Shown: positions 49,140-62,739 of the stretch, piece after piece
Layout: each line of letters begins with the position of its first letter
How positions within the stretch are numbered: the stretch's first letter is position 1
NCBI RefSeq assembly: GCF_018350175.1
Contig: NC_058368.1
Span: 110,858,001 to 110,922,000, forward strand
Length of the DNA stretch: 64,000 nucleotides
DNA from: Felis catus
Lineage: Eukaryota
Direction: 5' to 3'
Program-made: the position numbers and the translations under genes
The notes under the pieces: model-generated
The model's input: only the letters and a program-made list of their open reading frames with translations
Told to the model about the DNA's origin: nothing
Database searches by the model: none

Positions 49140-51057
49140 AATTTTCCTTCAAGAGGAAGGGGAATCTTAAATGGTAATGTCCATTTGGCGGCTGAAACAC
49201 TCAAATAATCAAACAAATCTTAGCTGTTGTATCAGAGCTACATTTGGCAATTATCCACGCAGAACTAGTATAAAAGGTTTCCCCTAAAGAAAACTTCCTG
49301 GAGGAATTGAGCAATGCTGGAGAAGACACGAGCCCGCCGCAGTTCCCAGGGAGCTCCTTGGAACGGAGCACGCAGAGAACGCCTGTGAGTGGGTCCATTC
49401 TGACAACTGGCAGTTCCCCGCCCTTCTCAGCTGGGGCCCAGCGTGTGCATGAGAAAGTTTCCTCCTGTTGCCTCAATCAACAGCTAGAGAATCGAGAATC
49501 CCAGCTCCGAATACCAGGCTACTTAAGCAGTGATGAATCTGCTTCACTTCCTTCTTTATTTCCTAACCAAGAATGTAGTTCCAGTTTCAGTGTGGAGGCC
49601 AGAAACGGCTGAAGACATCACCACTTCCCTTCACTCAGACATCTCCGCAGGTAAGCCACCTGCCCTACACTTCCTTCTGAAGGCCCAAGCTAGAGATCAT
49701 AGTTCTTAAACAGGGCACTTAACATATTGCTTGACTCCTTATTGGACTAAAATTTTCAAAACAAACTTCCAGGAGGTGAGGACTTGGCCAATAGTGCTGA
49801 GACCTAGTGTCTATCATGGGCCCTGTGGGGTAATTATATGACCTGGAACAAATCTGTGCACATTCAGGGCCTTTGGATAACCTTTAAAATGATGCTTTAA
49901 CCTTTCTCCGCAATAAAAATTTCTACAACTCTAGGCTAAAAGAGGAAAAGGGGCTGCAGAAGACTACTGGCAACAATTTCACCTACCTAGGAAGAATTAG
50001 AGCTGTGTTAGAGCCACATCAGTAAGACCAGACCCAATGCTGTGAGCACAGCCTCTGGGGGGCAGGTCCATGGTCCCCACCGTTTGGGGATGAATTCTGG
50101 AATAATCACTGGTTCACTGGAGAACACAGCTGCCATTCTCGTCTCTGTTTCCTTCCCTTTTCCCTCCCTTCTCTATCCTGAGACCAAATTACTTCTGATT
50201 TACAAGAAGAAAAAGAAGGATGTATTCCCTCCCAGCTTCAGGGAGAATCACTGTTGTGTCTGAATTGGACTCAGATGTTCATGACACATAGGCCAACATT
50301 TAGATAATCACCATCCCTTTGCAAGCCTTTTGAAAAATATTCGCTTACACTATTTGATCTCCTTTCTTTAGCATTTTACTTTATCATTCTTGAGAAATCA
50401 TACTATGATGGATGAAGGGCTGGTTACATGGAAAGTCATGCCATGATGAGATTACTAATCTAAAGGAAGAGACAAGGTAGAGTAGAAAAAGCTCTAAGAA
50501 TATAGATAAAAAGCACGGGCAAATGCATAGGAAAATAATCACAGCTCTACAGAGTTAGTGTAGGCTTGGAGACAGGGGACAGACTGGTGCACTATGCATT
50601 GAGAAGAGCAATGACTATGTATGCACATGGTTCTAGAAACAATTCATCAATATTTCTTTTTCATTGTAGTACTCGATCCAAAATCTAAAGAGTGATCATT
50701 TAAAAATTGTGTATAGTTTCAAACATATGCAAGTAAACCTTTTGCAAAGCTAATAATTGGTCACTAATTTATATAGTGAAAAATATAACGATCCCCCATG
50801 CATGCATTATCCAGCTTCAACAATCATCAGCCCATACCTATCATTATTTTATCTGCATCCCCACTGACTTTCTCCATCCAGTGTTATTTTGAGGCAAATC
50901 CTAGACATCATATAATTTCATGTGTAAATATTCAATATGTATCTCTAAAAGATAAAAACTCATTTTAAACATAATCACTCCCATACTTGGAACTAATAAT
51001 ACTATAATGTCACTTATAGAATATATAAGTCATGTCAGAATATAAAAAGTGTTGACG

Positions 51058-52118
51058 AGGGGACGACTTTTGATCAGTCGGTTAGGCATCCGACTTCGGC
51101 TCACCTCATGATCTCCCAGCTCATGAGTTCTAGCCCTGCATTGGGCTCTGTGATGACAGCTCAGAACCTGGAGCCTGTTTCGGATTCCGTGTTTCCCTCT
51201 CTCTCTGCCCCTGCCCCACTCGCACTCTGTCTTTCTTTCTCTCAAAAAATAAATAAGTAAACAAACATTATAAATTTTTGAGGAAAAAAAAAAAAAGATG
51301 TTGACCAGTGGAGAGGTGTGAAATACTGCCATTCCCACAGACTGTAAAATGAAATGGGACTTATTTCTAGCTTATCCGATAAAACTTCAGAGAGTGGGTG
51401 ATGGAATCTCATAGTCAACCTAATATTTATTATTTGTTTATTCTGCACTTCAGGGTGGGGAATCATGGATGAAATCCCCCGAAAGGAAAATTAGAGAGCC
51501 TCCATACTCATGAGCAATTCTCTTGGATAAGAGGAGGCTCCATGTAATTAGCCAATGTCATGGTGTCACACACACTGTCTCAGACCTATACACAGAGCTC
51601 AGGAATGTGAGTGAACACCGTGGGCGAGGAAATTGCTTGCAAATCCAGCGCCCAATCCAGAAGCAACAGTCTATGAGAGTTTTCCAATGCCGGATTCTAC
51701 TAGTTTCTGTTTCTTTGGAAATATTTTAGGAATTTATCAGACCTGTAATAACCTTAGTGTCGTTCACAAGGAATTGAAGAGAAAGTAGAGTCATGTACAA
51801 AAAAGGGGGGAGGGGTTGTGAAGGATATATACATACTCCCTATATTCCTTTGTACTGATTGACAAATGTTCCTTTGAGAATGTTACATAAACACAAGGGA
51901 GCCTGGGTGGCTCAGTCAGTTGAACGTCCAACTTCCGCTCAGGTCATGATTTCGCAGTTCATGAGTTTGAGCCCTGCATTGGGCTCTATGCTGACAGCTC
52001 AGAGCCTAGAACCTGCTTTGGATTCTGTGTCACCCTCTCTCTCTAACCTCCCCCACTGCTGTCCCGCTCACACTCTGTCTCTCTCTTAAAAATAAACATT
52101 AAAAAAAATTAAAAAAAA
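51058..52118 (+). mobile_element. Two Can-SINEs 51058-51297 and 51896-52118
   Basis: SINEC bodies; second TSD agaatgttacataaacacaa/agaatattacataaacacaa. Confidence 0.85.
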
Positions 52119-52699
52119 GAATATTACATAAACACAAAGGTTAGTTTATACAGTTCCCAAAGATTTATGTGCAAAAAAAAAATCTTTAAATCAAATCCTA
52201 TCTTTAAAGTTTCCAAAAGAGCACATTTTGTAAAGCTAATTCATGTTCTTTCTCATGTTGTGAGACTAGAGCTTTGAACGTTTTATTTTCTTAAAATGAA
52301 ACAATCCCAACTAGACTCGCAGGAGGAAATCACATATTCTTGGGGCTGTGCATGCCTTTTCACTCCTGCACCACTACTGCAATAGTTACCTAACTGGTTT
52401 GTATGCTTCTCCTCCTCCCCCTTCACACTGAGCTGTCTTCTTAAGCACTTACCTAGTCCTGCCACTTCACTAATAGGCATTTAATGCTTCCATCGCCTTC
52501 CAAAAAACCCCCAGGTCTTTAGGATAGCATTCCAAGTTCTGAGATTGGTCTCTGACTTACTGGAACAACCTATTCCTCACTCTCCTACTCTCCACATACT
52601 CTATTTTCTGGCCGCATCAGCTAGTAAATGTTTTTAGGACATAAGCCAAGTTTCATCAAACAATGAAACACTGAATTCACATCTGAATGTAAGGGATGG

Positions 52700-52930
52700 G
52701 ATAGCCCAGTGTTTAAGAGCATAACCTTCATGTCAGACTGGTTGGGATCCTGGCTCTGTCACCTACCAGCTAACTGACTTTGATAAAATCACTTACTCTG
52801 CCTGAGGCACAAGTTGCTTCAACTCTAAAATGGGAATGATTAAAGCACCTTTCTTGTAGAGTTGCTGGGAGGATTAGGTTAGATTAAGCAGTGCCTGGTA
52901 CATAATAAATATCCAATATATTATAGCTTT
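52700..52930 (+). mobile_element. MIR
   Basis: tagcccagtgtttaagagc...gatcctggctctgtcacctaccagc...aaaatgggaatgat...gttgctgggaggatta. Confidence 0.75.
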
Positions 52931-55041
52931 TATTTCAGTTGATTAAGGTCTTTCTATCTGTCAAGAGACACCACCCCATGAAACCTTTGTAGTTTCCCCA
53001 GTGGAAGGTCATCCCGCCTCTCTGATCCTACAGACCATTCATACCTCTTTCTCAGCACAACTTTCTATCTTGTATTATTTTTATTATTCTGATACACATC
53101 TTTGCTGTCCTATGCTGTTGAATCCCTGCCATGTACTAAATGCCATAGGGAATAAAAAAAAAGGAAGAAAACTTGGTTCTTTGCCATGCAAGTAGTGCTC
53201 AGAATCTAGTTAGCAAACAGACATTGGCAACCCAAATACAACTCACCATTGTTTGTTCAATAAAGATGTGGTTCATTATTATTATGATGATATTGTTTTC
53301 CTAAGGTCCTCTTACAGAAGAATCTCAAAGTATGAGCTACATTTTAACACAGGGACCATTTCCCCTACTACTAAACAGAATTTACTTCTAGAGAACAAAT
53401 GTAGTAAAATACAATTGAACACAGCTGAGTTTGAGGAACTATCCAGGGAAAGGTACTGTCAGTGATGTTCAGAGATTGAAATGATAGAATCCAGCTAGGA
53501 CTTCCTCTGCTCCCAAAACTTTTGCCAAAATAAATACACAAAGTATTAGGCCTAAGATATGGCACAGAGCTAGAAGCACTTCTAGCCTCCTTTCCCTGGG
53601 GATGAATTATGATATGCATTCTTGGTGTATGTGTAATCCAAGGGCAGAAGAGATGGTGAAGGCCACACAACCCCTCAATGCTGCATCACGTCAGCCAGCC
53701 TAGAGACCAAAACTGTGAGGTTAACGACTACAACTGGATCTCAGCTGCAGAAAACCAGCAGTCCTAATTGCTGAATCTAATCTGTCTTGTACTAAATGAG
53801 GTTTTAGGTCAGGGCCAAGTTCCCAATGTCAACAGGACTTCAGGTGAGACTGCCAGGGTTCCTGCCTCGCCCAACTGAAGATGACACCCACAACACCTGC
53901 TACAACAGGAAACAATGCAGCTGGACAGCATATTTTGACCATGTGGCTGGGCACGTGTCATCAAGATGGCTCCTCCTCAAGTAACTGCTCTGGGCAGCTA
54001 AGCAAAGAGGAGTAGCTTATTCTCCTGGATAGAGCAGACCACGCCCCCCTTTCTCCCACTGTCCCCCACTCCAGGCTGGCTGAGCAGTACAACCTTGTGG
54101 GGGTGGGGCAAGGCTGGTTTCCTCACTACACCTCCAGGATTCTAGGTCTGTGGGGAACTGTGAGAGAGGAAGCATTATTCAACTAGGGGCAGTTTTGTGT
54201 TTCTGAAAACAGATGCAAAAGTCAGATGTTTGGTCAAACAATGTAAGGACAGTTCATTCCCAGAAAGCTAAAATCATTATAAAATCCCTAATTGCATCTT
54301 GCATTTTAATCATAGTATTGAACAATTTATTTTCCAATATTTGTAGATATTTCCTTTTTTTCTTTTCTTCACAACTGAGCGTGTCATCTGGCATGTGACT
54401 AAGAGTCCAGATGGGACTAAAGGGTCATGCTTTTAGTACCCCTCAGGAACAGCTTTGTCTTAATGTTGTCACATTCAGAAAAGTGATGCTTCTAATCACT
54501 AGCATCAGTAACCTCATGTTTCTACTCCAAATAATTTCTATTTTTACACACAAAAAAAGAGTAAAATATTCAAGTTGTCACATAGGCACCACTATGCAAA
54601 CAATGAGAGTACCACTTTTAAGCCTGCATGATGGACCTGGCAGAGGAGGACAGACTGCATTAGTCCAGCTGATGGATGAGAGTCTGAATGTTGGACAAGT
54701 GGACTAAGGAAAAGCTGTAAGTATAGTGAATACAGAAGTAAAACATGTGAGAAATGAGGGTGGCTAGTTGTATGAAAACTATACCTTTATAGAGTATCTT
54801 CTGGGTTATAGTCTACTTTCATGTACATTTCCTCATTCTGTCATCACCTCACACTTTCGTCTCATCCCACACCCTTCTTCAGTTTCAAGAAAGAACAAGA
54901 ATGGTAAGATGACAAAATCAGTATTTGCTTAGCATGAAATACTAGTCAACAAAGAAGTATTATATTTAGATCTTCCTTGATATGGTAAATATTGAGTAAC
55001 TGCATAGCCATCTTATGGGGTGTTAAGAATAAAAGTATGTT

Positions 55042-55266
55042 GGGGCGCCTGGGTGGCGCAGTCGGTTAAGCGTCCGACTTCAGCCAGGTCACGATCTCGC
55101 AGTCCGTGAGTTCGAGCCCCGCGTCAGGCTCTGGGCTGATGGCTCGGAGCCTGGAGGCTGTTTCCGGTTCTGTGTCTCCCTCTCTCTCTGCCCCTCCCCC
55201 GTTCATGCTCTGTGTCTCTCTGTCCCAAAAATGAATAAACGTTGAAAAAAAAAATTAAAAAAAAAA
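55042..55266 (+). mobile_element. Young felid SINEC_Fc-type SINE with triplicated target site
   Basis: TSD aagaataaaagtatgtt at 55025-55041, 55267-55283 and 55292-55308. Confidence 0.95.
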
Positions 55267-55589
55267 AAGAATAAAAGTATGTTAAAAAAAAAAGAATAAA
55301 AGTATGTTACAGGACGTCTTGACACAGGTGTATAAAAGGACCAAAACCAACTTTAGCACAGAGTTAAACAATTACAAGTCATGTAGAAAACAGGTATCTG
55401 TGGAAATGGCTGCCAGTTTCCACAAGTCACCTGAAGAAGTTTATATTCTCACCCCATCAATGGAGTGAGCCAGTTGCCCTCCACTCAGAATGAGATCTTC
55501 AGCTCAACACATGTTCAACAGAACTTCACTCAATGCCTTGTGCAGAGCAGCTGATCAACAATTTAAAAAATTAAAACAAAGGCTTGATT

Positions 55590-58500
55590 CAAACAGAATG
55601 TAAAAATATGAGAAATATATTTGAACACTGATTGAATAGTTGATGGTATTAACAAAGTGTTAATAACTGTTATAAAGACATAGAATTATGTCTTTGTAGG
55701 AAGAGGTCTTAGCTTTTAGAGATACATATTGAAATATGTAGCAAAGGGTTAAATGATGCCTGGGATTTGCTCCAAAATAATAAAGGAGGGGAAGAAATGA
55801 GTGGGGAAATATATGAAACAAAACTGACCATGTGTGGATAATTGATAATCTGGGTGATAAGTACATGGAGGGCCATTGTGATACCCTGTCTACTCTTGTA
55901 TATATTTGAAATTTCCCACAACAAAAAGTTTTTTAAATTTTGGAGCATTAGAAACATAAATTAAAACTGGATGCAAAGAATCCTGCCGGGGTGCCTGGCT
56001 GGCTCAGTTGTTAGAGCATGAGACTCTTGATCTCAGAATCATGGTTTTGAGCCCCACATTGGGCATAGAGATTACTTAAATAAATAAACTCAGGAAGAAA
56101 AAAAACTTGCCACATCAACATGAATAAACATTAAAAAAATGTTGGGGAGGGGTGCCTGGGTGCTTATTCCATTAAGTGTCGGACTTTTGATTTTGGCTCA
56201 GGATGTGATCTCTTGGTTCATGAGATTGAGCTCTGCGTTGGGCTTTGTGCTGGCAGTGCAGAGCCTGCTTGGGGTCCTCTCTCTCTCTCTCTCTCTCTCT
56301 CTGTCAAAATGAATAAACACTTTTAAAAAATGCTGGGGAAAAATGTGTTGCAGAAGGATGTATCCTGAAAAATGTCATTTATATAAAATTCCAAACATGT
56401 CAAACAATACAAGTGATACAATACAAACTCCTAAGGTTACATGCAAAAACCTAGAAAGACAAGCATGGGAATGACAGATACAAATTTCAAAACCATGGTT
56501 ATTGGGATGCAGGAAGGGGAAGGTAATTGGGAAGGGTTACACAAGGGGCTTCAACTATTTTTACATAAGGCAGTAAACATATGTGATTATCATATTATTC
56601 TCTATTCACTTTTGTATTTTTTGAAATATTTAACAATAGAAGTACACATAAAAATTAAAATTAAAAAATGAAACAGAAATTGGATAATCATTTGTGGGGA
56701 TGTTCTGGAAGAGTCCTGCACTTCTTGTATTGACTTCCAAGAACAATATCCATCGCCACCCTATTCCTCAGCTTAGGAAAATTGCTTCTTTTTTTGTTAA
56801 AATATTTTTATTATAAAAAAATCATACTGACAAAAATATAATTAGCATATTTAAATAATAATAATGATAATGATAAAACGAACTCCTTTGAACCATGACT
56901 CAAGAAATCTGACAGTACTAGGGCCAGTAAAGTTCCTGGTACAGTCTCTATTCACATTCCCAGCAGACAGAGCTGCTATCCTGAATTTTGTGTTTATCTT
57001 TCTTGGACTTTCTCTGTAATATAATCATATATTGTGTATTTAAGATATAGTTTTACATGTTTTTAACCTGTGCGTGTGGAATTATACTCTGACTTGCTTT
57101 TTTTTTTTTTGAGGAGAGAGAGAGTGAGTGGGGGAGAGTCAGAGTGAGAGGGAGACAGAATCTTAAGCAGGCTCCACGCCCAGTGTGGAGCGCAACCTGG
57201 GGTTTGAACTCACGACTGTGAGATCTTGACCTAAGCCAAAATCAAGAGTCGAATGCTTTATTGACTGAGCCACCCAGATGCCCCTTGACTTATTTTAATG
57301 TGAGATACTATGAAATGTATTGATGTTGATGCATGTGTTATATAGTTCATTCATTTTCACTGTGTGTGTACTAAATTATTTATTTATCCAGTCTATTGCT
57401 GATGGACTTTTGGGTTGTTTCCAATTTTTTGCTATAATAAACAACACTACTGGACACATTCTTATACTTATCTCCTGAAGTCTATGTGCAAGACTTTCTC
57501 TACAGTAAACACCAAGGAAAGGAACAGTTGGGCTTAGGGTAAGTCCATCTACAACTTTACCTAGATAATGCCAGATTTTCCACAGTGGTTGCCCCAGTGT
57601 GCACTCCCACCAGCCTTGTGTGAGAGATTCCAGTGCTCTGTATCCTCACCAACACTTGGTACTGACAATTAGTTTGCCTACTGAGAGAGGTGAGAACTGG
57701 AATCTGTGGTTTTAATTTCCATTTCCCTGCTTATTAATGAAGCTGAGTCTCTTGTCATGTTATTCCCCACTCATCTTCCTGTGAAATATCTGATTCCATC
57801 CTTTGCTCATTTGTAGGTATGTTGTCTTTTTCTTATTGATTTTTAAAGGAATTTACTATATATTTTAGATATAATAATATAAATTATGTAATTTCCCAAT
57901 TATGACCTGCCTTGTCTAAAATAAATGTGTTTCCTCCCTTTGATCTGTTAGGGTAGTAGACTAAAGCATTAGACTTCCCTACCAACCTTGTGTTCTGGGA
58001 CAAACCCAACTTTGTTATTAAACAGTACCATTTTTTATATTCTGGATTTTGCTTGCTAATATTGTGTTTAGGATTTTGCAGCTGTATGTGAGATTGGGCT
58101 GTTACTGTCTCTGTTTTATTGACCTTGACTGACTTAAGTTTTAAGACTATTCCACACATCCATTCACTGAACAAAAATTTTTTTTTGAATGCCTACTGTA
58201 TACAAGGCACTATTCTAGGCATTTGGACACATCATGAACAAAAGAGAAAAATATCTCTGTTCTGGTAGACATTACATTCTAGCCTCATATGATGAGTTAG
58301 GGTATGTTTCCCTTTTTTTTTTTTTTTTTTTAACTTTCTAGAGGGGCTATAAGACTTGGGAATTATCTCACTCTTAAATGTTTGAAAGAACATACTGTTT
58401 CATTTTTGTTTACCTTTTTAATTTTTAAGTAAGTTCTACATGCAATGTGGGGCTGGAACTCATGACCCTGGGATGAAGAGTCACATGCTCTACTGACTGA

Positions 58501-61200
58501 GCCAGCCAGGCGCCCTTGCAAGAACATATTTTTTAAGCATTCTGGGCCTGGTGTTTTAACAATTGATTCTTTTTTTTTTTTTTAATTTTAAAATGTTTAT
58601 TTACTTTTGAGAGAGAGATAGAGTGTGAGGGGGGAAGGGTCAGAGAGAGAGGGAGACACAGAATCTGAAGCAGGCTCCAGGCTCTGAGCTGTCTGCTCAA
58701 GAGCCCAACGTGGAGCTCGAACTCACAGACCACGAGATCATAACCTGGGCTGCAGTTGGACGCTTAACCAGCTGAGCCACTCAGGTGCCCCAACAATTGA
58801 TTCTTTTTCTTGTTTATAGCATCATTTAGGTTTTCTATTTTTGAGTCAGTTTTAACTAATATTTTGTAGAAATTCTTCTAGTTCATTTAAAATTTGAAAT
58901 TTACTTGCCTGAGGTTGCTGGCAATGTTCTCTTACAGTTTTTGTTTTGTTTTGCTTTTATCTCAACTGCGTCAGTACTTACGGCCACCTTCACATTTCTT
59001 ACCTGGCCTGCTGCCTCTTCCCCATTTTTCTTGATCCATTTCACAACAGGCTTGTCAATTTTACTAGTCTCATCAAAAAATTAATTTGTGGCTTTGTTCT
59101 CTATTGTATTATATTCTCTATTATATCTCCATTTTTCACTTCATGAATTTCTGTTCTTCTAGTTATTACTTCACCCCTTTTATTTTGGTTTTATTCTGTT
59201 CTTTTAAAAATTTCTTCAGGGGCGCCTGGGTGGCTCAGTCGGTTGGGCGACCGACTTCGGCTCAGGTCATGATCTCACAGTCCGTGAGTTCGAGCCCCGC
59301 ATTGGGCTCTGTGCTGACAGCTCGGAGCCTGGAGCCTGTTTCAGATTCTGTGTCTCCCTCTCTCTCTGACCCTCCCCCGTTCATGCTCTGTCTCTCTATG
59401 TCTCAAAAATAAATAAACGTCAAATAAAAAAAAATTAAAAAAAAATTTCTTCAGTTGGTGTTTAATTCATTCATTTTCATCTATTCTCTTCTTATAGAAA
59501 TATTTAAAGTAACATATTTCCTTCTTAATGTCACAAGTCTTCTTCAACTTTTATAAAAACCATAACACACATACACACAAATGCACAAATCATAACACTT
59601 CAGCGAATTATCACAAAGTGAACAGAACATGGGTGACTCCCATGCAGGTCAAGAAAGAGAACATTACTAGCCTCTCCCAGTCCAGTCTCCTGCTTTACAG
59701 AAGGTAACCACCATCATGACCTCTGTCACCACAGATCAGTTTTAGCTGTTTCTGAACTTTATGAAAACAGAATAATGTAGTATGTATTCTTTCTTATATT
59801 TGGCTTAATTCTTTGATATTATATTTATGAGATACATCTAAGTTGTTGTATGTGGGTATAGTTTGTTCACTTTGCGGCTATATATAATATTTCATTATAT
59901 GAATACACTAGAGTTCATTTATCCATTGTACTTTTGATGAACATTTGTGAGGTTTCTAGTTTGGAGCTAATACAAACAATGCTGATGTGAACACTGTTTC
60001 ATTTTGAAATAATTTCAAACTTGTAAAAAAGTTACAAAAAAGTACAAAGAACGTTTTTTCCTGAACCACTTGAGACTAAATTGCTGGTATGATGCCTCAA
60101 ATAACTTAGAATTTATACGCAACTCCTGTGAACTAAGGGTATTGTCTTACTTAACCCGAATACAATAATCAAAAACAGGAAATTAACATTAATATACTAC
60201 TATCATTGAATCCACAGACCTCATTCAGGTCCTTCCAATTCTCCCATATGTCTTTTGTAGCAAAACCCTCCAGTCAGGGATCACATGTTATATTTGGTTT
60301 TCACATCTCTCTTTCTCTTTCAATGTGGAGGAGTTCTTCAGTCTCTCCCTGACTTTCAAGGACTGACTCTTTTGAATGTTTCAGGCCAGTTGTTTTGTAT
60401 AGTGCTCCAGATTTTAGTTTTTCTGACATTTCCTCATGTTTAGATTCCAGGTCATGTATTTTTGGTAGGAATATCAAGGAAATAATGTTGTTATTTTCAA
60501 TGCATCCTGCCAGGTGGTAAATTAGGTCAATTTGTCCCATAACTGTGAATGTTCACTTTGACCAATTTACTAAAGTGTTTTCTAACAAGTTTCTCCTCTG
60601 TAAAATTATTCTCTTCCATTTGTAATTAATAAGTTATCTTGTGGGAGACATTTTGACACTATGCAAATATCTTAGTTTTAGCATCCATGAATGATTCTTG
60701 TCTGTGATAATTATTAGTGTGATGTCAAGTGATGATTTTCTTTTTTCATCATTCCTTTTACATTTATTAAATGTAATTCTACTATAAGAAAGAGCTGTGT
60801 CTTCTCCCCCTGCTTATTTATTTTTTTCAATTATTTATTTATATATGGACTCCTAGATAGTGATTTGTATTTATACGTTACACTCCATTGTTGTTGTTAT
60901 TTGTTTTGTTGCTCCTATTGTCTCAGAGTTGACTGTTAAAAGCATCTTCCAGTTGGAATCTGTGTCCTTTAAAAAAAATTTTTTTAAGGACTCCCTTACT
61001 TTCTGGCACAAGATGTTGCAGGCTCATCATCTACTTTCCCTACCCCAGCCCTGGAGTCAGCCATTTCTTCAAAGAGCTTTGTCATCTTTTTTTGAAGAAT
61101 ACTATTTGGAAGTAAAGATGTAGGCACTAGATGCACTCATTGCTAGAGATGCATCAGCAGAAAAAAATGAAGAAAAATATAAAAGTGTATGTGAAAACAC
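55590..61200. mobile_element. Mosaic of old L1M fragments with Can-SINEs (55987-56105+, 56149-56330+, 57098-57284-, 58415-58515-, 58570-58791-, 59219-59445+)
   Basis: L1M 3' text (ttagagatacatattgaaat; tttgggttgtttccaattttttgctata; attttgaaataatttcaaacttg); SINE TSDs aacaattgattcttttt and aaaaatttcttcag. Confidence 0.75.
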
Positions 61201-61238
61201 ATACATGCATCTATATCTCATAAAAACCATGAGTTTGT

Positions 61239-61880
61239 GGGAATGCAAGCTGGTGCAGCCACTCTGGAAAACAGTATGGAGGTTCCTCAAAAAATTAAAA
61301 ATAGAACTACCCTATGACCCAGCAATTGCATTACTAGGTATCTATCCAAGGGATACAGGTGTGCTGTTTTGAAGGGACACATGCACCCCCGTGTTTATAG
61401 CAGCACTATCAACAATAGCCAAAGTATGGAATGAGCCCAAATGTCCATCGATGGCTGAATGGATAAAGAAGATGTGGTATATAAATATACAATGGAGTAT
61501 TACTCGACAATCAAAAAGAATGACATCTTGCCATTTGCAACTACGTGGATGGAACTAGAGGGTATTATGCTAAGTGAAATTAGTCAGTCAGAGGAAGACA
61601 AATATCATATGACTTCACTCATATGAGGACTTTAAGAGACAAAACAAATGAACATAAGGGAAGGGATACAAAAATAATATAAAAACAGGGAGGGGGACAA
61701 AACAGAAGACACTAATAAATATGGAGAACAAGCAAAAGGTTACTGGAGGGGCTATGGGAGGGGGGGATGGGCTAAATGGGTAAGGGGCACTAAGGAATCC
61801 ACTCCTGAAATCATTGTTGCACTAGATGCTAACTAATTTGGATGTAATTATTAAAAAAATTAAAAGAAAAGAAAAAAAAC
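61239..61880 (+). mobile_element. 5'-truncated felid/carnivore L1 (ORF2 C-terminus + 3' UTR), inactivated
   Basis: Translates [37 protein letters not shown] with an in-frame TGA and a later frameshift; G-rich 3' UTR, A tail; perfect 17-bp TSD aaaaaccatgagtttgt at 61222-61238 and 61881-61897. Confidence 0.92.
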
Positions 61881-62074
61881 AAAAACCATGAGTTTGTTCC
61901 ATAATATACTTATTTGCTCAAATTCTAGAATATACATAAAATTTATAAAAGTTTCAAAATTGTTAACACATGCTCCTGTGAAACACGAATTTACTAACTA
62001 GAGTACAATATTTGTGTACTGTTCTTTTTGTTTTTAGCTTTACAGTATAAAGGCAAAATACTCTTTTCTCTTTA

Positions 62075-62404
62075 AAATTTTTTTTTAATATTTATTTATT
62101 TTTGAGAGAGAGAGGGAGGCAGAGCATGAGCGGGGAAGGGACAGAAAGAGAGGGAGACATAGAATCTGAAGCAGGCTCCAGGCTCTGAGCTGTCAGCACA
62201 GAGCCTGATGCGGGGCTAGAACTCACGAAGCATGAGATCATGACTTGAGCTGAAGTTGGATGCTTAACTGACCAAGCCACCCAGGTGCCCCCAAAATACT
62301 CTTTTCTAAAGTTATTTAGGTTAGTTCTTTCCTTCTCTACCCTCTCCACTGTGGCTATTTTATTCATTTGTTATGATTTGTATTCAATTTTGGTTCCCAC
62401 CCCC

Positions 62405-62450
<46 letters not shown>

Positions 62451-62719
62451 GGTGTCAAATCAATTAAATGGAAGGAAGGAAAAGTATTTTTTTTAATGTT
62501 TTATTTATTTTTGACATGAGGAGAGACAGAGCATGAGCAGGGGAGGGGCAGAGAGAGAGGGAGACACAGAACCCGAAGCAGGCTCCAGGCTCTGAGCTGT
62601 CAGCACAGAGCTCCAGGCTCTGAGCACAGAGCCCGACATGAGGCTCAAACCCACAAACCGTGAGATCATGACCTGAGCCGAAGTCGGACGGTCAACCGAC
62701 TGAGCCACCCAGGTGCCCC
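62075..62719 (-). mobile_element. Two Can-SINEs 62075-62292 and 62488-62719
   Basis: TSDs caaaatactcttttct and aaggaaaagtattttt. Confidence 0.9.
62407..62446. repeat. (CA)20 microsatellite
   Basis: Direct reading. Confidence 0.95.
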
Positions 62720-62739
62720 AAAAGGAAAAGTATTTTTAA

